DNA of 64,000 nt, taken from the NCBI RefSeq assembly GCF_009914755.1, contig NC_060944.1; one strand, given 5' to 3'. A program made the translations under genes and the position numbers. The notes below the pieces were generated by a model. The model saw only the letters and a list, made by a program, of their open reading frames with translations. It ran no database searches and was not told the origin of the DNA. This document shows positions 1 to 13,988 of the stretch, one piece after another. The first letter of the stretch is position 1, and the number at the start of each line of letters is the position of its first letter. The stretch is from the human T2T-CHM13v2.0 reference genome, Homo sapiens.

Positions 1-164
1 AGTATGATGAAAAGAGGATTGGTTGTAAGAGACCTGGCTGCAAGGCTCACCTCCACTAAGTAGCCATAGACATTTTGGCCACTAATGTGCTGTGAGTCAC
101 CTTATTCCTCTGGTCCACAGCTTCTTCATCTGGGAAAGGAAGACATTGGATTGTAAAGTAAGAA

Positions 165-330
165 TAGCCCACATTTTTTAGCATTTGCAATATGCTAGGC
201 AATGTGCTAATTGCTTGATTATTAAAGAGACAATTAACATTGAAAAGTAGTTATTAACGCTTCAACACCCCAGCAGGTGGAGATCGTCATTAATCCCATT
301 TATCAGATTGGGTCATTGAGCTCAGGATGG
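165..330 (-). mobile_element. MIR fragment
   Basis: Degenerate MIR core in reverse: cccatttatcagattgggtcattgagctcag, preceded by tatgctaggcaatgtgctaa. Confidence 0.6.
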
Positions 331-639
331 TGCATGTGCTGCGTCTGAAAGGCTGGGGTCTGGTGCTCGCTTCTGGGCTGTTGATGACTGGGTTCAGATG
401 CATCATTGTGCATGCCTTTCTTAGCAGAGGATTTCTTCCCGCTCTGCTATGGACAATTTACTGCTTTACAGTCTTTTCACCAGAGACCACTCACTGGCAG
501 TGGCATTTGTAGAAAGTAGCCTCTAAGCTGCAAAGCCCTGCCTGTCACCAGACCTACGTAGAGGGATTCCCACTTGCTTTATGATGTCCAGAGTGCTCCT
601 CGTGTTGCCCTGTGGGTTTTATTTTCCTGTTTTCCACTG

Positions 640-743
640 GATATGGTCAACTGGCATTTACCATGAATTCCCAGCTCCTCCACAAGTTCTTCTTGTACTG
701 CTAAGACTGAAAACTTAAACAATACATTTTCTACAATCTCTTA
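640..743 (+). mobile_element. LTR33-like ERVL LTR, 5' part (split by MLT1)
   Basis: tgtactgctaagactgaaaacttaaacaatacattttc resembles the LTR33 5' end; sequence resumes after the MLT1 at ~1304. Confidence 0.55.
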
Positions 744-1303
744 TGTGGTGAGCAGATAGAAACGTGGTCCCCAGTGATCCCCACCCCCTGGTATTCATGC
801 CCCTGTGGAATCCTGCACCCCTGTCAGTGTGAGGTGAGCTAGTGACATGTTCTAGCCAATAGGATGATGGGATGACATGTGTAATTAAGGGGATAAGATG
901 TCACTTCCTTGATTAGCTTACAAGAGATTGTAACCTCCATCTTGCCAGCAGACTCTCTGGCCATCTCAGCTTCCAGGATGTAAGCCCTCACATTGCAGAG
1001 GTCCCTGTGGTAAGGAACTGGAGTGGAGGGTGGCTCTGCACAACAGCCAGCAAGGAACTGAGGCTTCTGTCACCCCTGGAGCAACTGAGCTCACCAACAA
1101 CCCGAGTGAGCTTGGAAGCAGAGTTTTCCCCAGTTGGGCTTTCAGATGAGACCCCAGCCCCAACTAAGGCACCATGATGGTAGCCACAGGAGACATGGGA
1201 CACAGCCAAGCCCACCTGGATCCCTGATCCACAGAAATTGTAAGACGATAAATGTGTACCAAGTTTGCTGTAATCTGTTAGGCAGTAACAGGTCACAAAC
1301 ACA
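744..1303 (+). mobile_element. MLT1 (F/G-like) MaLR solo LTR
   Basis: Starts tgtgg and ends aacaca; internal hallmarks gtgagcttggaagcag, ttcagatgagacccagcc, acagaaattgtaagacgataaatgtg. Confidence 0.85.
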
Positions 1304-1810
1304 CCTTCACCCACAGATGAGATTGAGTTCTGTCAAGCAGAAAGACACTTCCCAGGGGGATATGGAAGAAATGAGGCCATCTCCTGGCTTCCCATGGCTG
1401 ATTCTGCCAGCACCAGCACCTGTGTCAGGCCACCAGCTGAGCAGGTGTGGAGATGACATTACAGCCTCCATAGCTGCATGATGCTGTCTGGGTGTCCTCA
1501 TAGTTACAATGGTGGCAGCAGATTCCTGAGCCCCATTGCCCAACCAAGAGACGTCCGTTTTCATGTATTGTTGGGATCGATAGTTCCATGGCAGTCTCCT
1601 GATTCCTCACTTTCCTGATGGTGGAAGAGATGGCAGCTGCCTGGCAGGTCATTCTGCAGTGCACACTCACTCTGCAAGGTGGCACATCTCTGCATCTCCA
1701 GAGTCCACTTCTCCTTCATCTGGTAATTTCATGAGCACCTGATTCCCTGTATTCAGCCACTTTCACCTCAAGTAGTTTCTGTTTCCTGCACAGAGCCCTG
1801 ATGGATCCAC
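1304..1810 (+). mobile_element. LTR33-like ERVL LTR, 3' part
   Basis: Ends agtagtttctgtttcctgcacagagccctgatggatcca, matching the LTR33 3' terminus; contains cctgattcctcactttcctgat. Confidence 0.6.
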
Positions 1811-1944
1811 CTGGTATCTTGATTGTTTCCTAGAAAGTGAAGAAAGTCCTTCAATTTTCTCACCACATACCTGAGTGCTTTTTCTCAGTGAGAATTCAAG
1901 AGACTTTGAATCTTGGCCAAACACAAATTAGACAACATAATCCT

Positions 1945-2140
1945 ACCTCAAATACATATGGGGCTCTATCATTTACCAAGCTGCAGAACTCCTTTCTTTT
2001 ACACCCCACACAACTTTCTGAAGTAGGTGTGCTTCCTACCCTCCCCATTTTATAGATGAGAAAACTGTGGCTCAGAAGCAGAACATGTGCTGACCAGCTG
2101 GGAATGACATAGCCAGGACTTCACCCAGATTTTACACTAG
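1945..2140 (-). mobile_element. MIR
   Basis: ccccattttatagatgagaaaactgtggctcaga core. Confidence 0.8.
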
Positions 2141-2325
2141 CTTTAATGCTTTCTTCCTGCCGTATGATGGCAGTTCCTGTGATTTATTATTCTTGTGACT
2201 TCACCAGTGATGCCATGCTTAAACCCTCCAGCTTCTACAAACATGAACCACAAGGTGGAAATGGCCACTCAGTTTGACTTTTTGGACATTATTTTCTCAA
2301 TCCCATTCCCAGGATGCTTGCTTGA

Positions 2326-2659
<334 letters not shown>

Positions 2660-2906
2660 CCATCCTCTTATTAATTTACAAATACACAAGTGGGTGCTAG
2701 CAACAAGATCAGGGTACTGTCCAAATCCTTCTCTCACCAGGGTGAACAGATTTGGAGGCACCTGCACTGCCCAGCTCATCTTCTCCCTTTGCACACAGAT
2801 GGCATCCTCTAACGTAGCCCCATGTCCATGGAGCTGTGCTCATTCAGATGAAGTTCCTTTCCTGAATTTGTGTGTCCCAACTGCTGCTTTTCTCTAATTT
2901 TCCCAG

Positions 2907-3268
2907 TGTATTTGTCTGTTCTCACTCTGCTAATAAAGACATACCTGAGACTGGGTCATTTATAAAGGAAAGAGGTTTAATTGACACAGTTCCACATGGC
3001 TGAAGAGGCCTCACAATCAGACCTGAAGGCGAATGAGGAGCAAAGTCACATCATACATGGTGGCAGGCAAGGGAGCTGGTGCAGAGGGACTCCCCTTTAT
3101 CAAATCATGAGATCTCATGAGACTCACTCAGCATCATAAGAACAGCATGAGAAAGACCCACCCCCATGATTCTGTTACTTCCCACCAGGTCCCTCCCATG
3201 ACACGTGGGAATTATGGGAGCTACAATTCAAAATGAGATTTGGGTGGGGACACAGCCAAACCATATCA
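2907..3268 (-). mobile_element. THE1 (MaLR) solo LTR
   Basis: tgtatt...ggggacacagccaaaccatatca, with perfect 5-bp TSD CCCAG at 2902-2906 and 3269-3273. Confidence 0.95.
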
Positions 3269-3480
3269 CCCAGTCTCCTGTCAGCTACGGGCAGCCCCAT
3301 CCAAGCTGAAGATACAGCTGTAAACAGAACATTTTGGAGCTCCTCAAGTAATCTGACCAGCACCAAGAAGGCTTCCTAATGTCCTTGAGATCCGTTTCAA
3401 CACTTCAAACATTCTCACTTCAGTAAAGAGTTCCTTCCTAGTCCGTGTGTTCAAGAGACCAGAATTAAGAGCAATGGGCA

Positions 3481-3752
3481 GGCTGAGCATGGTGGCTCAC
3501 ATCTGCAATCCTAGTACTTTGCAGGGCTGATGTAGGAAGATCACTTGAGCCCAAGAGTTTGAGATCCAGTCTCAACAAAAAAATTTAAAAATTAGCTGAG
3601 CAGGGTGGTGCATGCCTGAAATCCTAGCTACTTGGGAAGCTGAGGCAGCAGGATTGCTTGAGTCTGAAAGGTCAAGGTTACAATGAATTATGATTGTGCC
3701 ACTGGACTCCAGCCTCGACAACAGGGTGAAATCTTATCTCAAAAAATAAAAA
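3481..3752 (+). mobile_element. Alu (AluJ) with a small left-arm deletion
   Basis: ggctgagcatggtggctcac...tctcaaaaaataaaaa; flanking gagcaatg is a probable TSD. Confidence 0.92.
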
Positions 3753-5339
3753 TGAGCAATGAGTGGAAATGTCTGGGAGACAGATATGGGGGTGGGGGAA
3801 ATGCCCGATTATTCAAGCTCGCTGGAGAGCTCCTTCTCTAAAATTAATAGGGCCCGATCTCCAGGGAAGACCAGGCAGAGCCTGGACACCATGGAACAAT
3901 TCAGAAGGAAATAGCATTGTCTTTGCAGGAAGCAGCATCTTAGCCAGTGACGTTCCAGGAATCCCGATAAGTCTCTCCTTCTCAACACGTAGGATCACCT
4001 TTCAGCACGTTCACATGACCACTGGGTGGGGAATATTCTCTAAAGTAATTGTCTTTGTCTCTGACCTCATTCCATGGTTGAGATAGACAGGCCAAGTGCC
4101 TGAAGCCATGGTCCCTGGACCATTTTACCTTTCAGCCGATCTGCGACAGGAGGCAGGTGGACCAGGAGACATCTGTTTCTTGTGTTTCTTGCAACCAGGC
4201 AAACAGTAAATTGCAAAGACGGGAAAGAGGTTCATCTTTAAAGTAAAAGGCAATATGCTTCCTTGACTATATTGTGAACATTTCGTATGCTAGTGGGATG
4301 TAATTGGGTTTCCTAAACACCTTACCATCTGATTCAGACTCGGGAGGACTTTAAATAGACTTGAAATAAAAATTTCCAATTGTCTCTTGGAGCCCAAGCC
4401 CAGAAGCCTAATTACCTGCTGAAACTAATTGATCCCATCTGAGCCTCCTGCTGGAACTCCCCACAAAGGGCATGAAAATGAGATGGGTCAGGAAAGTTGC
4501 AGGCCAGAACCAGGAGCCGGGAAAAGCAAGACGTGCTCACAGAAGCCATGCACGGGAAAGAGCTTATTAAGTAACTTCTCTTTGAGCTGCTCCTCACTGA
4601 GCCAGCCAGAGAGACAGAAGCCTGCTTCCTCTGAAGGTGCCTGGAATGACTCGCAAATTTCATTGAAAGTGGCAGGAGGGAAGCAGGCTCTGGATAAAAT
4701 GATGAATGCACACAAACTTTAATCTCAATCAAGGCGCTCTACAAGGGGACCATGGTGACAACACTCAGAGAAGCTGACACCAAGGAGAACAACGCCCAAC
4801 TTTAGAATGGGAGCCCACCTCACCTCCTCCCCTGGGCTGCTGCAGAGAAGTTTTGTCAGAAGGCCCACATCTGCACCTGAGTGTTGGCAGCATCCGAGGG
4901 TCACAGTCTGTATCCCCAGGGAACATGTTGAATTGTAGCAGTTTTTCTTAGCACCTGCGCCAGCTCACCACTCCACTTCCCTGCTTCTCTTTTGGGCTCC
5001 AGTCTCCTGGAAACCCCTCTCTGTGTGTGAAGGAGCTGCAGAAGAAGAAATGGGTCCTCCTGCAGAATGAGCTCCCAAACACAGCACCGAGGCTTTTCAT
5101 TCTTCACACCCCATTTCCAATGGTCAGCAGATGTGGTCAGCACTACCAGATCAAGACTCTGAACCCTTCTCCCATTCCACTTTCCCACCCGGAGGCAGGC
5201 CACCATCATACTCGACCAAGGCAATGGCTACCAGGGATGCTGTGATACTCCCATAATCCTGACGAGTCAACCACTATGGCCTTAATGGCTCTGTCTTCCA
5301 TTGGCTCCATCTATCTGTCATCTGTTTGTCTATCTAAAT

Positions 5340-5480
5340 ATTTTATATGTATGCAGAATGACAACAGTCCTTAAGATATTTTACATACACACATATGAAC
5401 ACACATATATGCATATTTGTATGTAGATAGAAATAGATATAGATATAGATATAGATATATATGTGCCTATATACATTTTT
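5340..5480. repeat. AT-rich low-complexity tract with (ATAGAT)n and (AT/AC)n
   Basis: atagatatagatatagatatagatatat and acacatat units. Confidence 0.7.
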
Positions 5481-5545
5481 TAACAGTTGTGTTGGTAAAA
5501 AGACAAACACAATCCAGGCAGGATTGTATTCCTTTGCTTCTTCTT

Positions 5546-6520
<975 letters not shown>

Positions 6521-7349
6521 GTTGGCTCCATGGTTAAGTAAATGACTGCACACCCCTAGTGCTACGTGAGATGAATTTAGGTGATAAAATGGATAAATGT
6601 TTTCATTACACGAATTAATTTTAATTTGTACAAGGAAAAAATATATACTTATATATAACTCTTTGATAAGGCAATGACCAGGATCAAGTTCCCCTTTGAA
6701 GGCCTGGGTGCTGAAACAACAAGTAATGATTTTACATTTCTGTGGAAGGGGAATTAACAAATAGAGCACGCCCACCTGCACCAGGCTCACAAAAAGGGAT
6801 GCCACAGGGCAACACAGAGCTGAGCAAGGAGCTTCTGCAAACCTCCACAAGAGGGTCCGGCTCCATCTAAACTGCAGCCCCAGGTGGCTTGCTGCATCCT
6901 GCAGTGTTGCTTTAACTCGAGGGGTTCACTGATGATTGGACCTTTCATCATCTCATTTCTCCTCAGGGAAGACAATAAAACGGGCAACACACGTTCCTCC
7001 CTTTGTAGCAGCCCCGGAGAGGCCTCATAAACTTTCTGGGCCTATTCTCCCTTTTAAAAGGCACCCAAACCACTCCAGCAATTGACAAAAGAATTTTCCT
7101 GGGCAGGAGTGGAAGTCAGCATGGGGAACCAGCTGCGTCCTCATGGTTCAGCGTTATCTGGGGGCAGTGAGCCACGACCAGGACATTAGAGCCAGCCCCC
7201 ACTGGCCCCCTCTCTACAGAGCCTGCAAGTTCTGCTGTGTGTTTCCCTTAAAAGAAACAGATAGGGCCTAGAGAAGAGAGACTTCTGACTTTGACAACGG
7301 CCTACATCAATTATGAATTTTCTATTTGCGGGCAAATTATATTGGTCCT

Positions 7350-7676
7350 CCATTTTTTAAAAATTGAGGAGTACCTTATGTGAGAATAAAGTGCATAAAT
7401 CTTAGGAGATGAATGAGGCCCTCATTACACACCCATGTAACCACCTCCCACGGAGACACAGAAGGCTCCCACCTGCACCTGCAGTCACGGCCCTGGGAGG
7501 AAGCCACTGTTTTGACTTCTGTCAGCATGGACTGTGCTCCTCGCTCTTGGGCTTCATGGAAATGGAACCGCACAGCACCCACCTTTACACAGCTGGCTTC
7601 TGTTGCTGGAGGTCCCGTCTGCTAGGCATTTCCATGTGGCCGTAGGCTTCAAAATGCATTCTTTTTTATTCTTGTG
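7350..7676 (-). mobile_element. Old L1 (L1MC/ME) 3' fragment
   Basis: aaagtgcataaatcttagg, acacccatgtaaccacc, ccactgttttgacttctg. Confidence 0.7.
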
Positions 7677-7686
7677 TAGCTTTCTT

Positions 7687-7852
7687 TCTTTCTTTTTTTA
7701 ATTATACTTTAAGTTCTGGGGTACATGTGCACAACGTGGAGGTTTGTTACATAGGTATACATGTGCCATGTTGGTTTGCTGCACCCATGAACTCATCATT
7801 TACATTAGGTATTTCTCCTAATGCTATCTCTCCCCAAGCCCCCAACCACCCA
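7687..7852 (-). mobile_element. L1PA 3' end, severely 5'-truncated
   Basis: ttatactttaagttctggggtacatgtgcacaacgtg; TSD TAGCTTTCTT at 7677-7686 and 7853-7862. Confidence 0.93.
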
Positions 7853-9566
7853 TAGCTTTCTTAACTAGTTCACATTGATATGTATGAGTTTGGGGAAAGT
7901 CAATTGATGTTGTTGTTGTTGTTGTTTACATGGAGTTGGCAGTGGCTTATGGGCCCAAGACAAGTAACTCAAGTCCAAGGAAAAATTTGCTCCAGAAGAA
8001 GGTAGCTAATGGCTAAGAATCAAACCCATAAAGTCCCTAGATCAGGGCAGAATTTCCAACCTAAAGGAATTATGACTGTGAAAATCATATAAAGCAGTCC
8101 ACAGAGGCCTAGAACGAAGGCAGGTACTGAAAAGGAGGTAGGTCTCACTTACCAAGACCTCAAAGGGAGGAGATGGTCAAGTTAGAGCCCGGGGCAGAGA
8201 TAAAGATAAGGAGGTGCTGATGAGAATCTTACCAATCTACATTCCTTGCACCATAAAGGCGATTTTGCTGAGTTCAAGCCCCTCTTATGGTCAATGCATT
8301 ATTGGGTGTGGACTGGATTTTGGGACCCGCCATCTTGAAATGCCACCGTAGAGTCCCACAGCAGGATTCCTCTTGCTTCTGGTGGCCAAGACTGAAGTGA
8401 ACACAACTTTCCAGATAAAGAGAAGACACCTTTGTGTGCAGTCCCTTTGCAGCAAAATAAAGTCAGATCCACTACGTGCTGTTCTCTGGCATGAGAGGAC
8501 GTACCTGTTTATTTATTTATTTTCAGCTTTGTGATCTTCCCTGAACCGAACATCACCTCCTGGCCCTCGCAGGCCAGAGCAGCTGACATCACACCATTTT
8601 CGGGGCTGGCATAACGGCGGCTTCCTCTGGATGAAAAGTCTCCATGTCAGTCACTCTTGAATGCTTACCTCTCAAGACCCGCTTGTTGCTTGGTAACAAT
8701 TTTCACGGCTGCATTAAAAGGACAGTTCTGAAAAGAGGATGCTTAAAACCTGACAGCAATTACAGAGAAGGCAGACCACTTCTTTCATTTCAGAAACCAA
8801 TACACAAGTGGATCTTCCCATTCAGTTAGTATTTTATTATTATTTAAATGAGCTTCCCACTCTACATGAAGCCCAGCTTTTTGTCAGCACTAGTTTCACA
8901 CCCCTCGTCTCTGAGCCTCTTCAGAGAAGGAATTGCAGCCATTTCTGGGGAGAGAAGCTTCTTCCAGGTGACTTTTGAGTTCCTTTTGGCTTCAGAGTTT
9001 GTGGTGAACAGGGGAGGTGGTAATTCTACAACCAGAGCACAGCCTGAGAGGAAGAGCTCTCCCATGCCCACCTCCTTCCTGCAAGAGGCCACCCCCAACA
9101 GCCATCTCTCCTTTACCATTGTGGCTAAAAACAGGCAAACACTAAACTGCCCATTAACTGAGTCATGCATGAATGTTCTGGGCTAAACTGTGAGTTCCTT
9201 AAGGGCAACAACAATATATGGATTATTTGTTTCTCCAGAGAATCCAGTAAAGTCCGAGCCCATAGAGAGTTTTCAGTACACCATTTGCCTATTTCATGGC
9301 CAGCAAGCTCTTCTACATAATGGTAGTTCATATAACTTGGTTAATTTCAACCCATAAAATAGGATGTTTTGACCACATACTCAAGCTTGCAGAAAGATCA
9401 GAGCATGCCCAGTTTGATATGAAAGAATTGCCCACCCTCTCTCCAGTCTCATTTCTTACTCAATTAAACTGAGCTCAATAAGACTATGGCAGAATCCTGT
9501 GAAAGCCAACTACATGCCCGCTAAAAGCATCCAGAAGTACCGAGCTTACTCAGGAGGCTCTCTCCC

Positions 9567-9786
9567 CAGTTTCTCAACCTCAGCATTTGTAACACTTTGG
9601 ATCAGATGATTCCCTGTTGTGGGGTCTCTCCTGTGTATTACAAGGTGTTCAGCAGCATTCCTGGCCTCTACCCCACTAGATGCCAGTAGCACCCACTCAG
9701 CTGTGATAACCAAGGATGTCTCCAGATACTGTCACATGCCCTGGAGGAGAGGGAACAACAACATCACCTGTAGCTGAGAACCATCA
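9567..9786. mobile_element. MER20 (hAT-Charlie non-autonomous)
   Basis: cagtttctcaacct...ctgagaaccatc termini; internal agcagcattcctggcctctacccactagatgccagtagcac. Confidence 0.9.
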
Positions 9787-9789
9787 ATC

Positions 9790-10065
9790 TAGCTCAAATG
9801 TTAACCTATACAGGGGTTTTAAGCAACTGTCACTCAGAAATGTCCATCTCCATCAGTCTGTCCATCACTCAGTTTTGTTTTCTCCATAGGCTTTATCACA
9901 GTCTGAACTATTTTAATTTATTTTGCACTTATCACCGATCTCCCACTAGAATAGGCTCTTACAACAACAAGGACCTCATCTGTCTTAATCATCACCATAC
10001 CCACAGCACCAAAAGCAGCTCCTGGTACATAATAGGTGCTTGGTAAATATTTGTTAAGTAATAAG
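9790..10065 (+). mobile_element. L2 3' end
   Basis: ctcccactagaat...cctggtacataataggtgcttggtaaatatttgtt. Confidence 0.8.
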
Positions 10066-10249
10066 TATATTTTCAATGCAGTGCTCCTTGATCTAAGAGG
10101 TGATGTTTTATCTAACCAGTAACTGACTGTAAGGTGCTTCTACATGGCCTAGTGGTACACAGTAAGCATCAATAGTATTACACATGATTGTAATGATAGT
10201 CGGAGTCAGACTTGAGAACAGTCCAGCTTCTTCTAGGAATTAGTTAGGC

Positions 10250-11632
10250 TCAACTTCCAGGCCTGGCCACATCAGAGTGACAGGTATTGGGCTTACCCTC
10301 CATCCAGCTTCACCTGTTTTCAGGCTTTAAATAATCCTGAGAGAAGAGAAACAAACAAAGTGAGGTCCACATGGACCCAGGCACTCCCTCCAAGAGGACT
10401 TTCCAAAATGTCACACAAGGAGTTAGAGCTGAGTGGAGAGCAATGGTCTCACTGTGGGGAGGAAACAGAAATCAGAACCGGGACTGCCGAGTTGACTGGA
10501 ATTTGTGTGTACACAAATGGGAGAAAGAGATAGCTGTGCAGAGAAGCAGCTTCAGATATCTACATAGATCCCATTGACTACATGGCTGAATATTAAGCTG
10601 CAAGTGCCCACAGAAAGATTCTGCAAGGATGGGCAGAGAACAGATCCTGGAAGCTGTGGGCTGAACAGATATTAGCGATTTCAGAGGATGCTTGGGACTA
10701 GGGGAACTTGCAGTCCTGAACAGTCAGTGCAGAGACACTGACTGGGCATCCCTGACAGTCATTTGATACCCGGACTGGCAAGGTCTTAAGAAGAGAAGTA
10801 CTCTATTCCTAGACCCATCCTAACAAAGCCTAAAAGCACGGTCCAACAGCATAGAACTCATCTGCCAGTAAGTTAACTGCTTGCCAGAGAAAGGCTCACC
10901 ACTCTTAAAAGGAAGACCACATAATCTAGATTCACTGTGATAGATCATTCATACTGTCCAGCATACAATAAAAATCACTAGACACATAAAGAACAGAAAA
11001 AAATGTGGCCCACTAAAAGATGATGCAATGTTTTAATTAACAGAAGAGGGTTTTAAGGCAGACATTATAAATATGTTTAAGTATTTAAACTAAAAGATGG
11101 ACATAATGAGCATGCAGATGGGGAATCTCAGGGGAGAAATGGAAACTAAAAAGAAAAATTTGGTAATTTTATAATGGAAAAATAAAATATCTGAAATGAA
11201 AATTTTACTGGATGTACTTAGCAGCAGAACAAGAACTAGAGAAGGAAAATAATCAGTGATTTTTAAGCCTGAGAAATTAAAACTATGCAAAATAAAGCAG
11301 GGAGTGGAAAGAGAGAGAGAAAAGATTGAAAACAAATGGAAATTAATGACTTGTGGGACAATACCAAATGATCTAACATGGATGTAATTGGAATACCAAA
11401 AAGGAGATGAGGGAATTTGATCAGGAAAAAAATACATAAAGAAAAGATGGGCATTTCCAAACTTGTGGAAAAGTAACAGGCTGTAAAACCAAGAATATTC
11501 ATGAACCCTAAGCAGAATAAACACATACACAACACCCACCTAGACATACCAGACCTATCAGAGTCAGACTGTTGAAAATCAAAGATAAAGAGGCAGTGTT
11601 GGAAGTGGCCAGAAAAAATAAAAACAAAAAGA
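10250..11632 (+). mobile_element. Old L1 (L1M) 5' region and ORF1 remnant
   Basis: A-rich ORF1 remnant: gacttgtgggacaataccaaatgatctaacatggatgtaattggaatacca translates DLWDNTK*SNMDVIGIP (L1 ORF1 motif); 5' boundary approximate. Confidence 0.8.
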
Positions 11633-12487
11633 TGCCTCCCAACCTTTTTGGCTCCAGGAACTGGTTTTGCAGAAGACAATTTTTCCATGAACTGGGTGGT
11701 GGGGAGGATGGTTTGGGGATGATTCAAGCACATCATATTTATTGTGCACTTTATTTCTATTGTTATTACATTGTAACATATAATGAAATAATTATACACC
11801 GCACCATCATGTGGAGTCAGTGGGAGCCCTGAGCTTGTTTTCCTGCAACTAGACAGTCCCATCTGGGGGTGATGGGAGACAGTGACACCCAAAGTGTGTT
11901 GCTTATGTCCAGTCTATTCTGTAATCTCATTTTGGTGGCTGTCACTGCAGAAAACTGCTTCACAAAGATAGGATGTTGGAAATGGAAACAGGCTTTTCAG
12001 TGATTTTGTGGCAATCTCAGGATATTCTGCCTTGACTTTAATCCAGAATGTATGGTGATGTGAAGTTGTCTCAAACATACTTTTAGGCTCACCAGATGCA
12101 GCTGTACAACTGAAGTATATCAGCTCACTTGCCACGATAGAGCGTGCCACCAGACACAGCTTAATGTTCACCTGCCACTCACTGATAGGGTTCTGATATG
12201 AGTCTGCAAGCAGTTGATTTACTATGGTCTCTGCAGTCAAACCTCCCGGCTAATGTTAATCTGTATTTGCAGCCACTCCCCACCACTAGCATCACTGCCT
12301 CAGCTCAGCCTCAGATAATCATGCATTAGATTCTCATAAAGAGCACACAACCCAGATCCCTCAAATGTGCAGCTCACAATAGGGTTTGCACTCCTATAAG
12401 AATCTAATGCCACCACTGATCTGAGAGGAGGCACAGCTCAGGTGGTAATGCTCACTCACCCTCTATGCCTGCTCATTCCTAACAGCA
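11633..12487 (-). mobile_element. Charlie3/MER1-family hAT element (internally deleted) retaining transposase C-terminus
   Basis: MER1 termini (ccaacctttttggctccaggaactggtttt...; cattagattctcat...agaatctaatgcc); ORF 11914-12240(-) contains FWIKVKAEYPEIATKSLKSLFPFPTSYLCEAVF, a hAT dimerisation motif. Confidence 0.9.
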
Positions 12488-12489
12488 AA

Positions 12490-12640
12490 GCAAGGGGGTG
12501 TCAGACTGGACTGAAAAGCAAACCCAACCCTGCTGTATATCAGAGAAGCACTTTAAAGACACAGATAGGTTAAAACTAAAAAGACAAAAAAAGACATACC
12601 ATGCAAACACTAACCATAGGAAAATAATATTTAATTCTCT
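12490..12640 (+). mobile_element. L1 ORF2 endonuclease N-terminal remnant
   Basis: ORF 12498+ SDWTEKQTQPCCISEKHFKDTDRLKLKRQKKTYHANTN resembles the L1 ORF2 motif WIKKQDPTICCLQETH..DT.RLK.KGWKKIYHAN. Confidence 0.85.
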
Positions 12641-12789
12641 AAGTTTCTCTGTTATGTTGTTTTGCTGCTGCATTTTTGTTTTATCATTAAAGTAAATCTC
12701 TATATTAATTTCAAATTTGAAAAATGACCTGTATAGTATATATCACCCTACATGAAACTCTATAGATACATCCAAAACCCTACGAAGTT

Positions 12790-13010
12790 GTTCTGTAAGT
12801 TTCTGATAAATGAAGCCGCAATGAAATTGACTGAAAGGATCTTTGTGTGATGTCCAGCCTCCCCCACATCTTTGCCATCACTTGGTAATGTCAGACTTTC
12901 TTTTTTCTTTTTTTTTTTTTTTTTGCAGGTCTGATTATGGAAATTATGTTTCATGTTGTTTACTTTAAAGTTCCCTAAATATCAGTGTTTTTCTATTTGT
13001 TTACTGATCT
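12790..13010 (-). mobile_element. Old L1 fragment
   Basis: ccccacatctttgccatcacttggtaatgtcagacttt...tttcatgttgttt. Confidence 0.55.
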
Positions 13011-13290
13011 TTGAAAGTTCATCAGATGATTCTGGCATCTCTCTGTCCTTCATCCCCACCCCCTACCTCACTAGAAAAGATCCATTTGACACCTGGGGCC
13101 AATCTGTCTAGCTATGGCTTTGGTTCTTATCTCCAGTGACAGCATAGTTGAAGATGGTAAGATAATCTTCACTGATGTATGTTTTACATATTAATGCTTG
13201 TGTTTGGTGCCAGGGTAATTTACAAAGATGCAAGTCTGGAAATTGAGCAAGTCCATTACCACCAGCTGCTTTACTTAATGGTCTAGCCTC

Positions 13291-13697
13291 TGTGTTAGGC
13301 CATCTTTTGCATTAATATAAATAAATATCTGAAGCTGGTAATTTATAAAGAAAAGAGGTTTGATTCGCTCATGAATCTGCAGGCTGAACAAGCATGACAC
13401 CAACATTTGCTGGACTTCTGGAGAGGCTTCAGGAAGCTTACAATCATGGCAGAAGGCAAAGCAGGAGCTGGAGTATTACATGGCAAGAGTGGAAACAAGG
13501 GGGCAGTCTCAAGCTTTTGAACAACCAGATCTTACAAGACCTGAGTGAGAACTCACTCATCACCAAGAGGATGCTGCTAAGCCATTCATGAGGGATCCAC
13601 CCCCATGATCCAAACACCTCCCATCAGGCCCCACTTCCAACACAGGGGACTCCACTTCAACAGGAGATTTGGAGGGGACAAACGTCCAACCATATCA
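13291..13697 (-). mobile_element. MSTB-like MaLR solo LTR
   Basis: tgtgttaggcc...gccattcatgagggatccacccccatgatccaaacacctccc...ccaaccatatca. Confidence 0.92.
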
Positions 13698-13783
13698 TCT
13701 GTTCTTTTACCCAGCAAAAAGCAAAATAACAACCCAACCAAGCGAAGTTTTTTAAAATAAAAAAAGAGGAAAAGAAGAGAGAT

Positions 13784-13791
13784 GAAAGAAA

Positions 13792-13851
<60 letters not shown>

Positions 13852-13930
13852 GAAGGAAGGAAGGAAGGAAGGAGGGAGGGAGGGAGGGAGGGAGGGAGGG
13901 AGGGAAGGAAGGAAGGAAGGAAGGAAGGAA

Positions 13931-13988
<58 letters not shown>

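Noticed and set aside
11090-11892. 149-aa and 209-aa minus-strand ORFs
   Set aside because: Antisense to L1 ORF1 and MER1/Charlie3 sequence; no independent protein signature
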